Positions 1-7,666 of a DNA stretch of 36,286 bases are shown piece by piece; within the stretch, counting starts at the first letter, position 1; every line of letters begins with the position of its first letter. Below the pieces are notes generated by a model. It saw only the letters and a program-made list of their open reading frames with translations, was not told where the DNA came from and made no database searches. This DNA comes from a virus, in the IMG/VR virus record IMGVR_UViG_3300008255_000077, positions 1 to 36,286 of that record, one strand, 5' to 3'. The position numbers and the translations under genes are program-made.

Positions 1-123
1 ACCGGCCAAGGCATTACACAATCTGCGACCTAAAAGCGATCACCGCCGACTACCGGCAGAAGCTGCGCGAATTGAAGAGGAAAACAACGTGAGCCTGATC
101 AAGCGCTTTGAGCGCAACACGGC
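1..123. repeat. terminal direct repeat copy 1 (identical to 36164-36286); circular-assembly overlap or terminal redundancy
   Basis: Compared letter by letter: nt 1-123 equal nt 36164-36286. The repeat holds the last 92 nt of the ninG-like CDS and the first 35 nt of the phosphatase-like CDS. The unique length is therefore 36163 bp. Confidence 0.95.
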
Positions 124-577
124 TGGTCGAGACTTCGCTGTCGGCGACATCCACGGCCATTTTACTCGCCTGCAGGCCGCGCTGGATGTCGCCGGCTTCA
201 ACCCTGCTGCTGACCGGTTGTTCTCGGTCGGCGACCTGGTTGACCGTGGGCCAGAGTGCCGCGATGCCCTGGACTGGCTTGATAAACCATGGTTCAACGC
301 AGTGCGCGGCAACCATGACGACTACGTGTGCCGCTTCGATACCTGCGATGTTGATAACTGGGTCTACAACGGCGGCGCCTGGTTCGCTGGGCTGGCGCGC
401 GACGAGCAGCAGGAGTTCGCGGTTCAGTTCTCCGATCTTCCGGTCGCCATCGAAGTGGAAACGTCCAGAGGACTTGTAGGAATCCTACACGCCAATGGTG
501 AACGACAAAACAGACGTGCATGTTGTGCCACTAGTTATGGCAGGCGACTACGACCGCCTAGAGCAAGAGTGCGATAG
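89..577 (+). CDS. Ser/Thr metallophosphatase, lambda PP (NinI)-like, C-terminally truncated (probable remnant)
   Basis: The GTG start overlaps the ninG-like stop (GTGA). Motifs GDIHG, GDLVDRG, RGNHD and ILHA occur in the order seen in lambda phosphatase. After ILHAN the frame becomes a 27-aa Arg/Pro/Cys-rich tail. The distal GH(T) and final metal-ligand motifs are absent. Confidence 0.75.
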   Translation: MSLIKRFERNTAGRDFAVGDIHGHFTRLQAALDVAGFNPAADRLFSVGDLVDRGPECRDALDWLDKPWFNAVRGNHDDYVCRFDTCDVDNWVYNGGAWFAGLARDEQQEFAVQFSDLPVAIEVETSRGLVGILHANGERQNRRACCATSYGRRLRPPRARVR

Positions 578-791
578 CGTGGCGGGGAAGTTGCGGACCG
601 CCTTACTTGATAAGGCGCAGGTCGAAGCCGAACGAGACGCCGCGCTAAAGCAGGTTGAAGGACTGCGGGAGACGCTGGAGAAAATATCAGCATACGCGCC
701 ATGCAGCGGTATCAAAGACCCTGGATTTACGAAGATGCACATGGGGATACTGGCCCGGGACGCCATCGCCGAATTGGAGGCCGACACATGA
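495..791 (+). CDS. hypothetical coiled-coil protein
   Basis: 98-aa ORF with a charged, heptad-like core (LEQECDSVAGKLRTALLDKAQVEAERDAALKQVEGLRETLEK). Its stop overlaps the next start (ATGA at 788-791). The start is uncertain because the SD is weak. Confidence 0.5.
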   Translation: MVNDKTDVHVVPLVMAGDYDRLEQECDSVAGKLRTALLDKAQVEAERDAALKQVEGLRETLEKISAYAPCSGIKDPGFTKMHMGILARDAIAELEADT

Positions 792-1015
792 ACCCGATAT
801 CACTCGATTACAGACTTGGCTGGCGATACGCAAACGAAATGCTCGACGACAATGCCGCGCGCCAGGCCGAGGTGCTTGTCTCTGGGCTTCCTCGATGGAA
901 GCAGTCAACCGCAGCCAACCTGATCGCTGCAGCCGAGTCGAGACGTGCTGAAGGGATAAACCCCGAATACCAGGACGGGGTTATCGCCCGGGCCACAATG
1001 GAGCTTGAAGAATGA
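788..1015 (+). CDS. hypothetical protein
   Basis: The internal ATG at 788 is coupled to the upstream stop by ATGA. Its own stop overlaps the next start (ATGA at 1012-1015). Confidence 0.55.
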   Translation: MNPISLDYRLGWRYANEMLDDNAARQAEVLVSGLPRWKQSTAANLIAAAESRRAEGINPEYQDGVIARATMELEE

Positions 1016-1317
1016 TCGAACTTCTGATGGTTTACTGCTTGGCCGGCGAGCCTTGCACGACTGAAACGCTGGCGATCTTTCCGCAGCCCGACGTCGGATC
1101 GGCCATCTGCGAAATCGCCAGGCCGGCTATTGCCTCGGCTATACGCGAGAGGGCATCCATGAGCGCATCCGTGACGTTTTCATGTTCCGGCAATGCAATG
1201 CCACAGGCTCCAGGCTATGCGCCGCGCAGGCGCGATAACAGGGTAACTATGGCGGATCCGGGGAATGTGTCGCCGGTAGATGTGGCGAGAGAGATTATCG
1301 AGCGGCTGGCGAAGTGA
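1012..1317 (+). CDS. hypothetical protein (last gene of the rightward operon)
   Basis: 101-aa ORF coupled by ATGA to the upstream gene. It ends at the TGA at 1315-1317, directly abutting the convergent spanin stop. Confidence 0.55.
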   Translation: MIELLMVYCLAGEPCTTETLAIFPQPDVGSAICEIARPAIASAIRERASMSASVTFSCSGNAMPQAPGYAPRRRDNRVTMADPGNVSPVDVAREIIERLAK

Positions 1318-1851
1318 TCAGCGCGACTCAACACAAACCTTCAAGGCCGCTTCGAGTTCGACGACCCCACGTCGTAGGGCGTAATAATCCGGTCGAGCGT
1401 TAGCGTCAAGCTCGGCCGATTCGCCGCCTCCACCACCCAGGCTGGGAGATCTGCCGGCTTGGGGCAATGGCTTAGCAGCGGGGCACTTGGCCGCGATGCG
1501 CAGCCCGCTACGGCCACCAGCAACACGGCGCTCAAGATCATCAATCCTGCCTTTCGCATCGGTCAACTCTCCGGTGTGCTTTTGGTCTGCCGCGGCCATT
1601 CGCGCGGAGCTTGATTCTTGTTCGGCCAGAACCATGCGCATGGACTCGGTGCGCTCGCTGCTTATGGCTAACTCAGCACGGGCAATCTGCTCGCCGTATC
1701 GCCATCCCTGGGCCGTCGCTGCGATCACTGCGCCAAGCGCGAAGGCTGCGCCATAACGCCAGATAGCGCCCGGGATAGGGATCACTGCCACTCGCCTGTG
1801 CGCATCTGCTGGCTCAGTCTGTGAGCGCGTGCCGGGGTTTGCTGCGCCCAT
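1318..1851 (-). CDS. i-spanin (Rz-like)
   Basis: It lies last in the lysis cassette. It has an N-terminal TM segment (AIWRYGAAFALGAVIAATAQGW) followed by a charged coiled-coil periplasmic region, and it contains an embedded +1-frame lipoprotein ORF. The start is ambiguous: ATG 1851, or GTG 1791/1785 next to the endolysin stop. Confidence 0.7.
   Translation of the reverse strand: MGAANPGTRSQTEPADAHRRVAVIPIPGAIWRYGAAFALGAVIAATAQGWRYGEQIARAELAISSERTESMRMVLAEQESSSARMAAADQKHTGELTDAKGRIDDLERRVAGGRSGLRIAAKCPAAKPLPQAGRSPSLGGGGGESAELDANARPDYYALRRGVVELEAALKVCVESR
1341..1559 (-). CDS. o-spanin (Rz1-like lipoprotein) embedded in the i-spanin gene
   Basis: It has a signal peptide with a lipobox (LLVAVAG|C) followed by a Pro-rich short mature part. 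The ORF lies wholly inside the Rz-like ORF in another frame, which is the classic embedded spanin architecture. Confidence 0.7.
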   Translation of the reverse strand: MRKAGLMILSAVLLVAVAGCASRPSAPLLSHCPKPADLPAWVVEAANRPSLTLTLDRIITPYDVGSSNSKRP

Positions 1852-2225
1852 TTACTGCCGAGCATCTCGGCGGCGGCTTTCTGGTAGTGGCCAGACTCGA
1901 CTGTTGCCAGGGTTTTCTTGAATCCCAGCAGCCCATCGATGCCCATCTGGTAGGCCATATTGATCAGTACACCGCGGCGCGCGGGGTCGAGCTTCGATAT
2001 CCAGGGGATGCGCTTCGATAGAGCTTCATTGATCAGGCGCAGGCGGTTGTTAAAAATGAACTCGGATTCTTCCGGCAGCAGTCCGCCACCTTTGCGATTG
2101 TCGATCAGGATTCCGACGCCGATAGTCCAAAACCCTAGATGGTCTTGATAGGCGTGCAACACCTCGCCCTCGTCGCGCCGTAGCTGGCTGTAGCTGTCGG
2201 TTACGGTCACTGATGGCTGCTCCAT
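1782..2225 (-). CDS. endolysin, T4-lysozyme-like (GH24)
   Basis: It begins with an internal start, MEQPSVTV. The catalytic pattern RRDEGEVLHAYQDHLGFWTIGVG (E..D..T spacing) and MAYQMG..GLLGFKK are typical of GH24 phage lysozymes. It overlaps the holin-like gene upstream. Confidence 0.9.
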   Translation of the reverse strand: MEQPSVTVTDSYSQLRRDEGEVLHAYQDHLGFWTIGVGILIDNRKGGGLLPEESEFIFNNRLRLINEALSKRIPWISKLDPARRGVLINMAYQMGIDGLLGFKKTLATVESGHYQKAAAEMLGSKWAQQTPARAHRLSQQMRTGEWQ

Positions 2226-2512
2226 TTTAGTCGAGGGAATAGCTTGGCGACATTCCCCCGAGTGCAGGCGACAGCAACGAATATGCACGCAGTGAACAAT
2301 GCGTGCCACGGCTGAGGCGCTTGGCAGGACTCGCCCCATTGCGTGACGATCTGCGCGGCCATGGCTAGGGATGATCCAGCAAGGCCGGCGGCGAACAGAG
2401 AGACGACGGGGCGGTATCGTGTGCCGTCATCCGGCTTGTAGGATGCAACAAATCCGACGATACCAAGCAACATGGCTAGGTGGGCCAGGGTTATAAGACT
2501 TTCAGCTGTCAT
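2207..2512 (-). CDS. holin-like membrane protein (3 TM)
   Basis: It has three hydrophobic segments and lies immediately upstream of the endolysin. The likely start is MTAESL (2512). An upstream in-frame ATG at 2548 would add the Arg-rich extension MNYGRSRRGLPA. Confidence 0.6.
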   Translation of the reverse strand: MTAESLITLAHLAMLLGIVGFVASYKPDDGTRYRPVVSLFAAGLAGSSLAMAAQIVTQWGESCQAPQPWHALFTACIFVAVACTRGNVAKLFPRLKWSSHQ

Positions 2513-2897
2513 CGCGGGGAGACCCCTTCTTGAACGGCCATAGTTCAATAATTGATACCAACCAGGGCGGCAAAGTTCCGTTGCTTGCGATGATCGCAGA
2601 CCAGGCCGTGAACAGAACGGCGGCCAGGGCGGCGATGGTCGCTGCCACTAGCATGGCCTTTGGGCTATATGGCGGGCCTTCTCCGTAGAAGAAGACACCA
2701 CATGCATAACCTATGCCAAGGCTGAACAGACCTAGAAACCACCGCTGGCTTGCTGTGGTCGCGCCTGGGTACGCCAGGAAGAAGCAGCATCCGAAAGCCG
2801 CGCCTGTTGCCGCCCAAGGATGCGTAGACGCAAACACTGCGTACATCGCGCCCAGCAACCACGCGCCCAGCGGGCTTGCCTCATTCATTCCATTCAA
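2502..2897 (-). CDS. membrane protein (4 TM), second holin/antiholin candidate
   Basis: 131-aa protein with four predicted TM helices. It is the first gene of the lysis cassette and has two close Met codons (MNGMNEA). Confidence 0.55.
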   Translation of the reverse strand: MNGMNEASPLGAWLLGAMYAVFASTHPWAATGAAFGCCFFLAYPGATTASQRWFLGLFSLGIGYACGVFFYGEGPPYSPKAMLVAATIAALAAVLFTAWSAIIASNGTLPPWLVSIIELWPFKKGSPRDDS

Positions 2898-2938
2898 CTC
2901 AGCGCCCTCGGACTACAATTCGATGGCACGATATTAGC

Positions 2939-2961
2939 ATGGCCGGAACTTATCCGGCCAT
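2939..2961 (-). terminator. hairpin after the tail fiber gene (weak terminator or processing site)
   Basis: A perfect 9-bp stem (ATGGCCGGA/TCCGGCCAT) with a 5-nt loop lies just 3' of the tail fiber stop. No U-tract follows on the minus strand. Confidence 0.25.
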
Positions 2962-2967
2962 TAGTGG

Positions 2968-3969
2968 TCACCATTCGATAATTACAACGCCAGCGGCTCC
3001 GGATCTGCCTGCCAGCGCTGCGGTTGAATTCCCACTAACTTGATGCCCACCCCCTGATCCACGCACTACGCCGGATTGCTGCGCTCGACGGCCGCCGCCA
3101 AGAACACTGGATCCGGATAAACCGTTTGATATTGGCGATACAGATGCACCAATCGATATGGCGGTTGTTCCGTCACTACCTGAAATATTAAGTGCACCGC
3201 CAGATCCTGTCCCGCCGTTTCCGCCTGTTGCGACGGCATTTATCGAGCTTGCAGCTCCACCCGTGCCGCCATCACCCCCAGTGGCTGAATAAAATGCACC
3301 AAATGAAGATACTCCTCCATTCGACCCTGGGTTAGCCCCAGCCGCCCCAGCCGCCCCAGCCGCCCCAATAGTCACGGAAACGCTGGCCACCCCGGTTAAA
3401 TCGAGTATTCCTATTGCCGCCCCACCACCCCCGCCCGCGCCTGATGCAGCTGATTGAGTTACATCAGTCGCACCACATCCACCGCTACCTCCGCCGCCTC
3501 CAACAACAGTGACTTTTGGCTTTATGTAGCCGAGCCGCATAGCCAAAGGAACAGACCATGACTGCGTGCTCGTCAGAACAACCATGCCATGCTGGGATTG
3601 AGGCGACCACTGCGAAGGGGACGATGCTGGTGAATTGCCCACGTTGGTATCCACAAGCGACACGTACAGCACGCCCGCCACGTTAGTGATCGATCCTGTG
3701 TGATATTCCTGAGCGGCGTTGTATTCGGCCACCCCCATCTGGTGCAGGTAGGCGTGGATCTGGCCGAGAGTGAATCCCATCGCGTTAAAATCTTGCAGCG
3801 TCGGCTGATCGGACGGCCCGACATTCCCCCAGCCGCGAAGCAGGAAGGCGTTAAACTGATCTGTCAGGTCGTCAGACTGAGAGCCGGTGCCGAAAATAGT
3901 CCGCTCAGTTCCGAGCGCAGCAGAAGCGGGCGCCTCAAGGTTGCCGTTGTACCGCGTAATTTTTGCCAT
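2968..3969 (-). CDS. tail fiber protein with Gly-rich C-terminal domain
   Basis: It is the last gene of the baseplate module. The C-terminal 200 aa consist of GGxGG/GxG beta-helix-like repeats ending in VVIIEW. A SPSQWSP carbohydrate-binding-like motif lies mid-protein. Confidence 0.75.
   Translation of the reverse strand: MAKITRYNGNLEAPASAALGTERTIFGTGSQSDDLTDQFNAFLLRGWGNVGPSDQPTLQDFNAMGFTLGQIHAYLHQMGVAEYNAAQEYHTGSITNVAGVLYVSLVDTNVGNSPASSPSQWSPQSQHGMVVLTSTQSWSVPLAMRLGYIKPKVTVVGGGGGSGGCGATDVTQSAASGAGGGGGAAIGILDLTGVASVSVTIGAAGAAGAAGANPGSNGGVSSFGAFYSATGGDGGTGGAASSINAVATGGNGGTGSGGALNISGSDGTTAISIGASVSPISNGLSGSSVLGGGRRAQQSGVVRGSGGGHQVSGNSTAALAGRSGAAGVVIIEW
3335..3367. repeat. 9-bp tandem repeat (GCCCCAGCC x about 3.7) inside the tail fiber gene
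   Basis: Read directly from the sequence. The repeat is in frame and encodes (GAA)n in IGAAGAAGAAGAN. Confidence 0.85.
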
Positions 3970-3970
3970 A

Positions 3971-4687
3971 TCAAATCACCTTTCTAGCCAGAAATCCGCC
4001 TTCGCGGCCTGAGTCAAATCTATCTGCGAAGCCAACCGAGTTAGGGTTGCTGTCAAATCCGAACGTAAATCCAGGCTCTGCCTGAACAACGATTTCGTAT
4101 CGCACACCCTGCGGTTTCGGCAGGAGGTTAAGCCGTCGTATCAATCGCAGCCGCTCAAGACTGACGACCGGGGACACGTACAGCGTTAGCGTCATGTTGA
4201 GGTTGTCGACGACATAAGCCCGACCGTTGAATGCCGCAAGAATCACGTCCTGAATGCTGATCCTGTCCAGGCTGCTGACGTACCCGGACGCCCAGTTAAG
4301 CGCGACCTTTGCCCGAATGAAAAACCTGTAATCGTTGTCGTTGAGCTGGAGCGATGTGTACGGGCTTGAGAACCTGTCAAAGAACGGGCCGCCGATGCGC
4401 AGCACATCGAACCGATCAGCAAACCCAAGGCTGTCGGGATTGATATCGAACCCGAAATAGGTTTTGGCAATTACGTCTGGCACCTCGCGCGGTATTCCGA
4501 CTATTCGACCCAGCACGTCAAGCTGCGGGCCTACCGCTAAATCCAGATCGAAAGCATCATCAAGCGAGGCCAGGAATGCGCGCACCTTGTCCCAGGTCGA
4601 GGCGTTTAGCTCAATCTCTGCGAATGCTTTCGGCTTCTCCCAATATTGCTTGATCAGGAGCGCCGTGTACTCGTCAGCCAGGCTCAA
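3971..4687 (-). CDS. baseplate/tail-fiber-associated protein (DUF2612-like, Mu gp48 / P2 gpI position)
   Basis: It is coupled by ATGA to the baseplate J-like gene. It has an internal duplication (FGFD.NP.S.GFADRFD occurs twice). Its position is between the J-like gene and the fiber. Confidence 0.6.
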   Translation of the reverse strand: MSLADEYTALLIKQYWEKPKAFAEIELNASTWDKVRAFLASLDDAFDLDLAVGPQLDVLGRIVGIPREVPDVIAKTYFGFDINPDSLGFADRFDVLRIGGPFFDRFSSPYTSLQLNDNDYRFFIRAKVALNWASGYVSSLDRISIQDVILAAFNGRAYVVDNLNMTLTLYVSPVVSLERLRLIRRLNLLPKPQGVRYEIVVQAEPGFTFGFDSNPNSVGFADRFDSGREGGFLARKVI

Positions 4688-5865
4688 GGGATGACCTCGG
4701 TGATGTCGATATTGGCGACATCAAGCGTAAACTTATGGCCGGCATCCGGCGTGATTGACTCATTCGTGAACGTGATGTCGTCGTCACTGACCTCTACAGC
4801 CGACAGAATGAAGTTGTCGCCAGCGGTGTACCCCGGCTCGTACAAGAAACCGGCTTGCAGCGTTGTCCCGATGTAGAACGGAAACGCGGCCATACGCTGC
4901 TTTATCAAGTCGAGGTCTACCGGCTCGGTCGGTATTTTCCGGGTTGCCGTCGCGGTTACGAAAACCGGGTCGTAGATAGGTCGGTCGAATCGGCGAACCT
5001 GAGTGACGATAAACGTAGACCCATCCGGCCGGGTCAGAGTCTCGGGCAATGTCGCCTCTATACCGCCCTTAATACCGGTGCCGCCTGTTTTCCTGAACAG
5101 CATCCGGCGCATGATGTCGTCGATTGTGCCGCCCTCGACAACCGCCCAAATGCTGTGCGCGTCAAGGTCTAGCGCCGCATCATAAACGTCGGTGTCGTTG
5201 TCATAGACAAACGCATCGGTGACGCCTGGGGTGTTCAGCAGCTGCGCTGCGAGCGATCCCGTGGTCGAGAAACCTGGATTTTCAAGGCTGCGATTTCGGC
5301 GCTGGGCGAACTCTTCGTCTGTCTCTTCGTCCACGCCAACCAGGGCATCGACAGAGGCCGTGAAGCTGGCAACGCCTAGCACAACAGTGACCTGTGTGAA
5401 GGCGGCGCCAGCCAGTCCCGTTACGCTGCCAAGCTCTACAGATGTGAACGTCACAGCGTTGGCGCCGATCAGGACATTGACAGGTAGCACAAGCTCCCAA
5501 GCCTGGCCCAAGTCGTCGGCAATCGAATAGCCGGCCGACAGGGTCAAGTCACGGGTGACCGTTACGCTCAAGTCCCAAGTGGACTGGGTAGCGGGCCGAG
5601 GGAAGATCCCGGACAGCTTGGCGATCTTGGCCTGGGATAATCCGCGCGCAAAGTCCGGATCGAAGTTGTTCGCGACCAGCAGGCCAAACACCTGCATGTC
5701 GTGCCGGGCCTTGGCCTCTACCCCGATCCGCTGGCCGTCCGGGCTTTCCTGGCTGACGTTGATGTCAGGCCCATAGATTTCCTGATAGCCGGCGACCAAC
5801 TCCGCAAAGATTTCCTCGAAGGTCTGGATCTGGATTCCGCTGGAGTCAATCGTTGGAGCTGGCAT
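4684..5865 (-). CDS. baseplate J-like protein
   Basis: 393 aa, following a gp25/W-like gene. Its size and N-terminal pattern (FEEIFAELVAGYQEIYGPDINVSQESPDG) are typical of Baseplate_J proteins. Confidence 0.8.
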   Translation of the reverse strand: MPAPTIDSSGIQIQTFEEIFAELVAGYQEIYGPDINVSQESPDGQRIGVEAKARHDMQVFGLLVANNFDPDFARGLSQAKIAKLSGIFPRPATQSTWDLSVTVTRDLTLSAGYSIADDLGQAWELVLPVNVLIGANAVTFTSVELGSVTGLAGAAFTQVTVVLGVASFTASVDALVGVDEETDEEFAQRRNRSLENPGFSTTGSLAAQLLNTPGVTDAFVYDNDTDVYDAALDLDAHSIWAVVEGGTIDDIMRRMLFRKTGGTGIKGGIEATLPETLTRPDGSTFIVTQVRRFDRPIYDPVFVTATATRKIPTEPVDLDLIKQRMAAFPFYIGTTLQAGFLYEPGYTAGDNFILSAVEVSDDDITFTNESITPDAGHKFTLDVANIDITEVIP

Positions 5866-6218
5866 CAGATACCTATCTCTTCTTCAAAGTCGACATCAAA
5901 AATCGTGCCAAACGAAAGCATTATAGATGCCTCGCGGCTTGAAGTCTTCACTACGATGTCGAGCTTGGTGATGGTGGTCACGCCTTCAGTCGCAAGGGTT
6001 ACTCGTTCGACTTCGCGCATTATCTCGTCGCGCGTGTTGCGGCGGCCTAGAAGGTCGATCCAGTCAATGTTGGCGCCGGTATCCAGGAACCAGTCAGACG
6101 CAAAGGACTTGAGCCGCGTGACGACGTTCTGGCGCACTGCTGCGGCGTTTGAGATGTAGGCGGCAAGGCCTCGGCCGAAGCGCCAATCTCCATCACTGTC
6201 TAGGCCTGATACCCGCAT
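5865..6218 (-). CDS. baseplate wedge protein (gp25/W-like)
   Basis: 117 aa, in the order spike, this gene, then J. The pattern GDWRFGRG...VRQNVVTRLKSF...W resembles gp25/XkdS-type proteins. Confidence 0.55.
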   Translation of the reverse strand: MRVSGLDSDGDWRFGRGLAAYISNAAAVRQNVVTRLKSFASDWFLDTGANIDWIDLLGRRNTRDEIMREVERVTLATEGVTTITKLDIVVKTSSREASIMLSFGTIFDVDFEEEIGI

Positions 6219-6248
6219 ACGATCACCCGCAATAATTGTGCCACTTGA

Positions 6249-6836
6249 TTATGCCACGTTTGTGATTAGGCCTGAAACGACTGTGACCGTCCGCGCGTCA
6301 CCGGTTGCGAACGATCCGGACCAGCCGGCAGCACCGCCTACGGAATAGGTCGTGGCATTCATGTTCCCGGTCAGGTCATAGCTGCCAGAGTGAACCCAGG
6401 CGCCTGTAACTGTCGAGTCTCCGAAGCGCTCGATGGTAGTTGGTATGGTTTTTGCCATAGACGCCGGGTTGATTCCGACCAGGGCAAATCCGTCGCTGTA
6501 GTCGTGCATGCGGAACTCGAGCGGCGGCACGCCATCATCGCCCGCGTACCAGCGATCAAAGCAGCGCTCATTGATCAGCAGCAGACAGTAGTCGCCCGCG
6601 GCGATTGGGTGAGCGTCGTAGCTGGCCCCTCCCTGGAGGAAGATCGGCGGGACCGCGGGGAACAGCGGCAGGCTGATATTTTGCCCATCAACCACACGCT
6701 GAATCACCGGCTGCACGTCGACGGTGGTCGCGTTTACCGCCTCAATCCTGGCGATCACGATCGTGTGCGTGTTGGCCAGCGCCGTGAGAATGGCATCATT
6801 CATGACATCAGGTAGTTCGCGCTTTTCCTGGCTCAT
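6249..6836 (-). CDS. baseplate central spike protein (Gp138 N-terminal domain-like / gpV position)
   Basis: TVDVQPVIQRV...LPLFPAVPPIFLQGG...GDYCLLLINERCFDRW...MHDYSDGFALVGI matches my memory of the Gp138_N/gpV OB-fold pattern. It is coupled by ATGA to the upstream gene. Confidence 0.65.
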   Translation of the reverse strand: MSQEKRELPDVMNDAILTALANTHTIVIARIEAVNATTVDVQPVIQRVVDGQNISLPLFPAVPPIFLQGGASYDAHPIAAGDYCLLLINERCFDRWYAGDDGVPPLEFRMHDYSDGFALVGINPASMAKTIPTTIERFGDSTVTGAWVHSGSYDLTGNMNATTYSVGGAAGWSGSFATGDARTVTVVSGLITNVA

Positions 6837-7663
6837 TGCGGCACCACGTAGTTTTCGGCGATTTCACCCGTTACTTGCTGCGTCCAGTCGTTGCCGTCCG
6901 TGTCTCCGCTGTAGGTGATGGTCTTGGCCTTGTATATCCCGTTGAGGTGAGGCGCTGTGACGCTGATCAGCCGGAACAGGCCGCCGACCTTCACCGATGG
7001 GTTCATCATGGTGTTCAGGGTGACGGTTTTCTTCTCTGCCTCTGGCGTGTTTAGCAGCCCGGTAGCAGCGCTGATGACTGGCGCGAATGTCGATACCACC
7101 TCATTCGTCCGAAGGATGTTCAGTCGCTCATTGTCGATGAACCACTTTTGCCCAGGGTCCAGCATATCCTGGGTTACGGCTATCGAGTTGCCGACCAGAA
7201 CCTTCGGCCGGATTATCTCGGTAGCGCTGCCGATCTTGCCGCGCGCGGTATTGGGCATGCTTCCGAGGATGGCATCAAATGCCGCCGACTTGGTTGTCAC
7301 CGTCGCGCTGACAAAGCCGCGCAGGAAGTCCTGGCCGCCGTCCAGGCACTCGATAGATGTGACGAACTCGGCGCCCTCTCGCGTACTGCCTGCCGTATCG
7401 ATAGAGCCCTGAAAGATCGTTTCCAGCTTGTCCTGATAGCCCACACTGAGCGAGAGCGGGAAGTAGTCGTCGCCATCCTCATCACGCACCAGTCGCAGCC
7501 GCTTGGCCGCGCTCAAGTTGTAGATTTTCAGCGTCATTTTGTTGAGGCTGGAATCGTCCGACTTCGTGGCGCTGAACGCGATACGAAACGGCGGAACGAT
7601 GGTAACGGCCTGCGAGCCGATGCCAATCGTGAGCGAGTAGTCGCGAAGGAAGCGTTCGGTCAT
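6833..7663 (-). CDS. baseplate hub-like protein (Mu gp44 / P2 gpD position)
   Basis: 276 aa, directly upstream of the spike gene. The call rests on position only. Confidence 0.45.
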   Translation of the reverse strand: MTERFLRDYSLTIGIGSQAVTIVPPFRIAFSATKSDDSSLNKMTLKIYNLSAAKRLRLVRDEDGDDYFPLSLSVGYQDKLETIFQGSIDTAGSTREGAEFVTSIECLDGGQDFLRGFVSATVTTKSAAFDAILGSMPNTARGKIGSATEIIRPKVLVGNSIAVTQDMLDPGQKWFIDNERLNILRTNEVVSTFAPVISAATGLLNTPEAEKKTVTLNTMMNPSVKVGGLFRLISVTAPHLNGIYKAKTITYSGDTDGNDWTQQVTGEIAENYVVPQ

Positions 7664-7666
7664 CAG

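Noticed and set aside
1-123. Terminal repeats as LTR-like or IS-like mobile element ends.
   Set aside because: The repeat is simply the same ninG/phosphatase junction seen twice. There is no transposase, no inverted ends and no target duplication. It is consistent with a circular assembly overlap.
6054-6063. 10-nt match (GTCGATCCAG) to loop motif B of the candidate RNA, inside the baseplate W-like gene, which suggested a possible trans target.
   Set aside because: Only 10 nt match and the flanks do not extend the pairing. One such match in about 72 kb of two-strand sequence is close to chance expectation.
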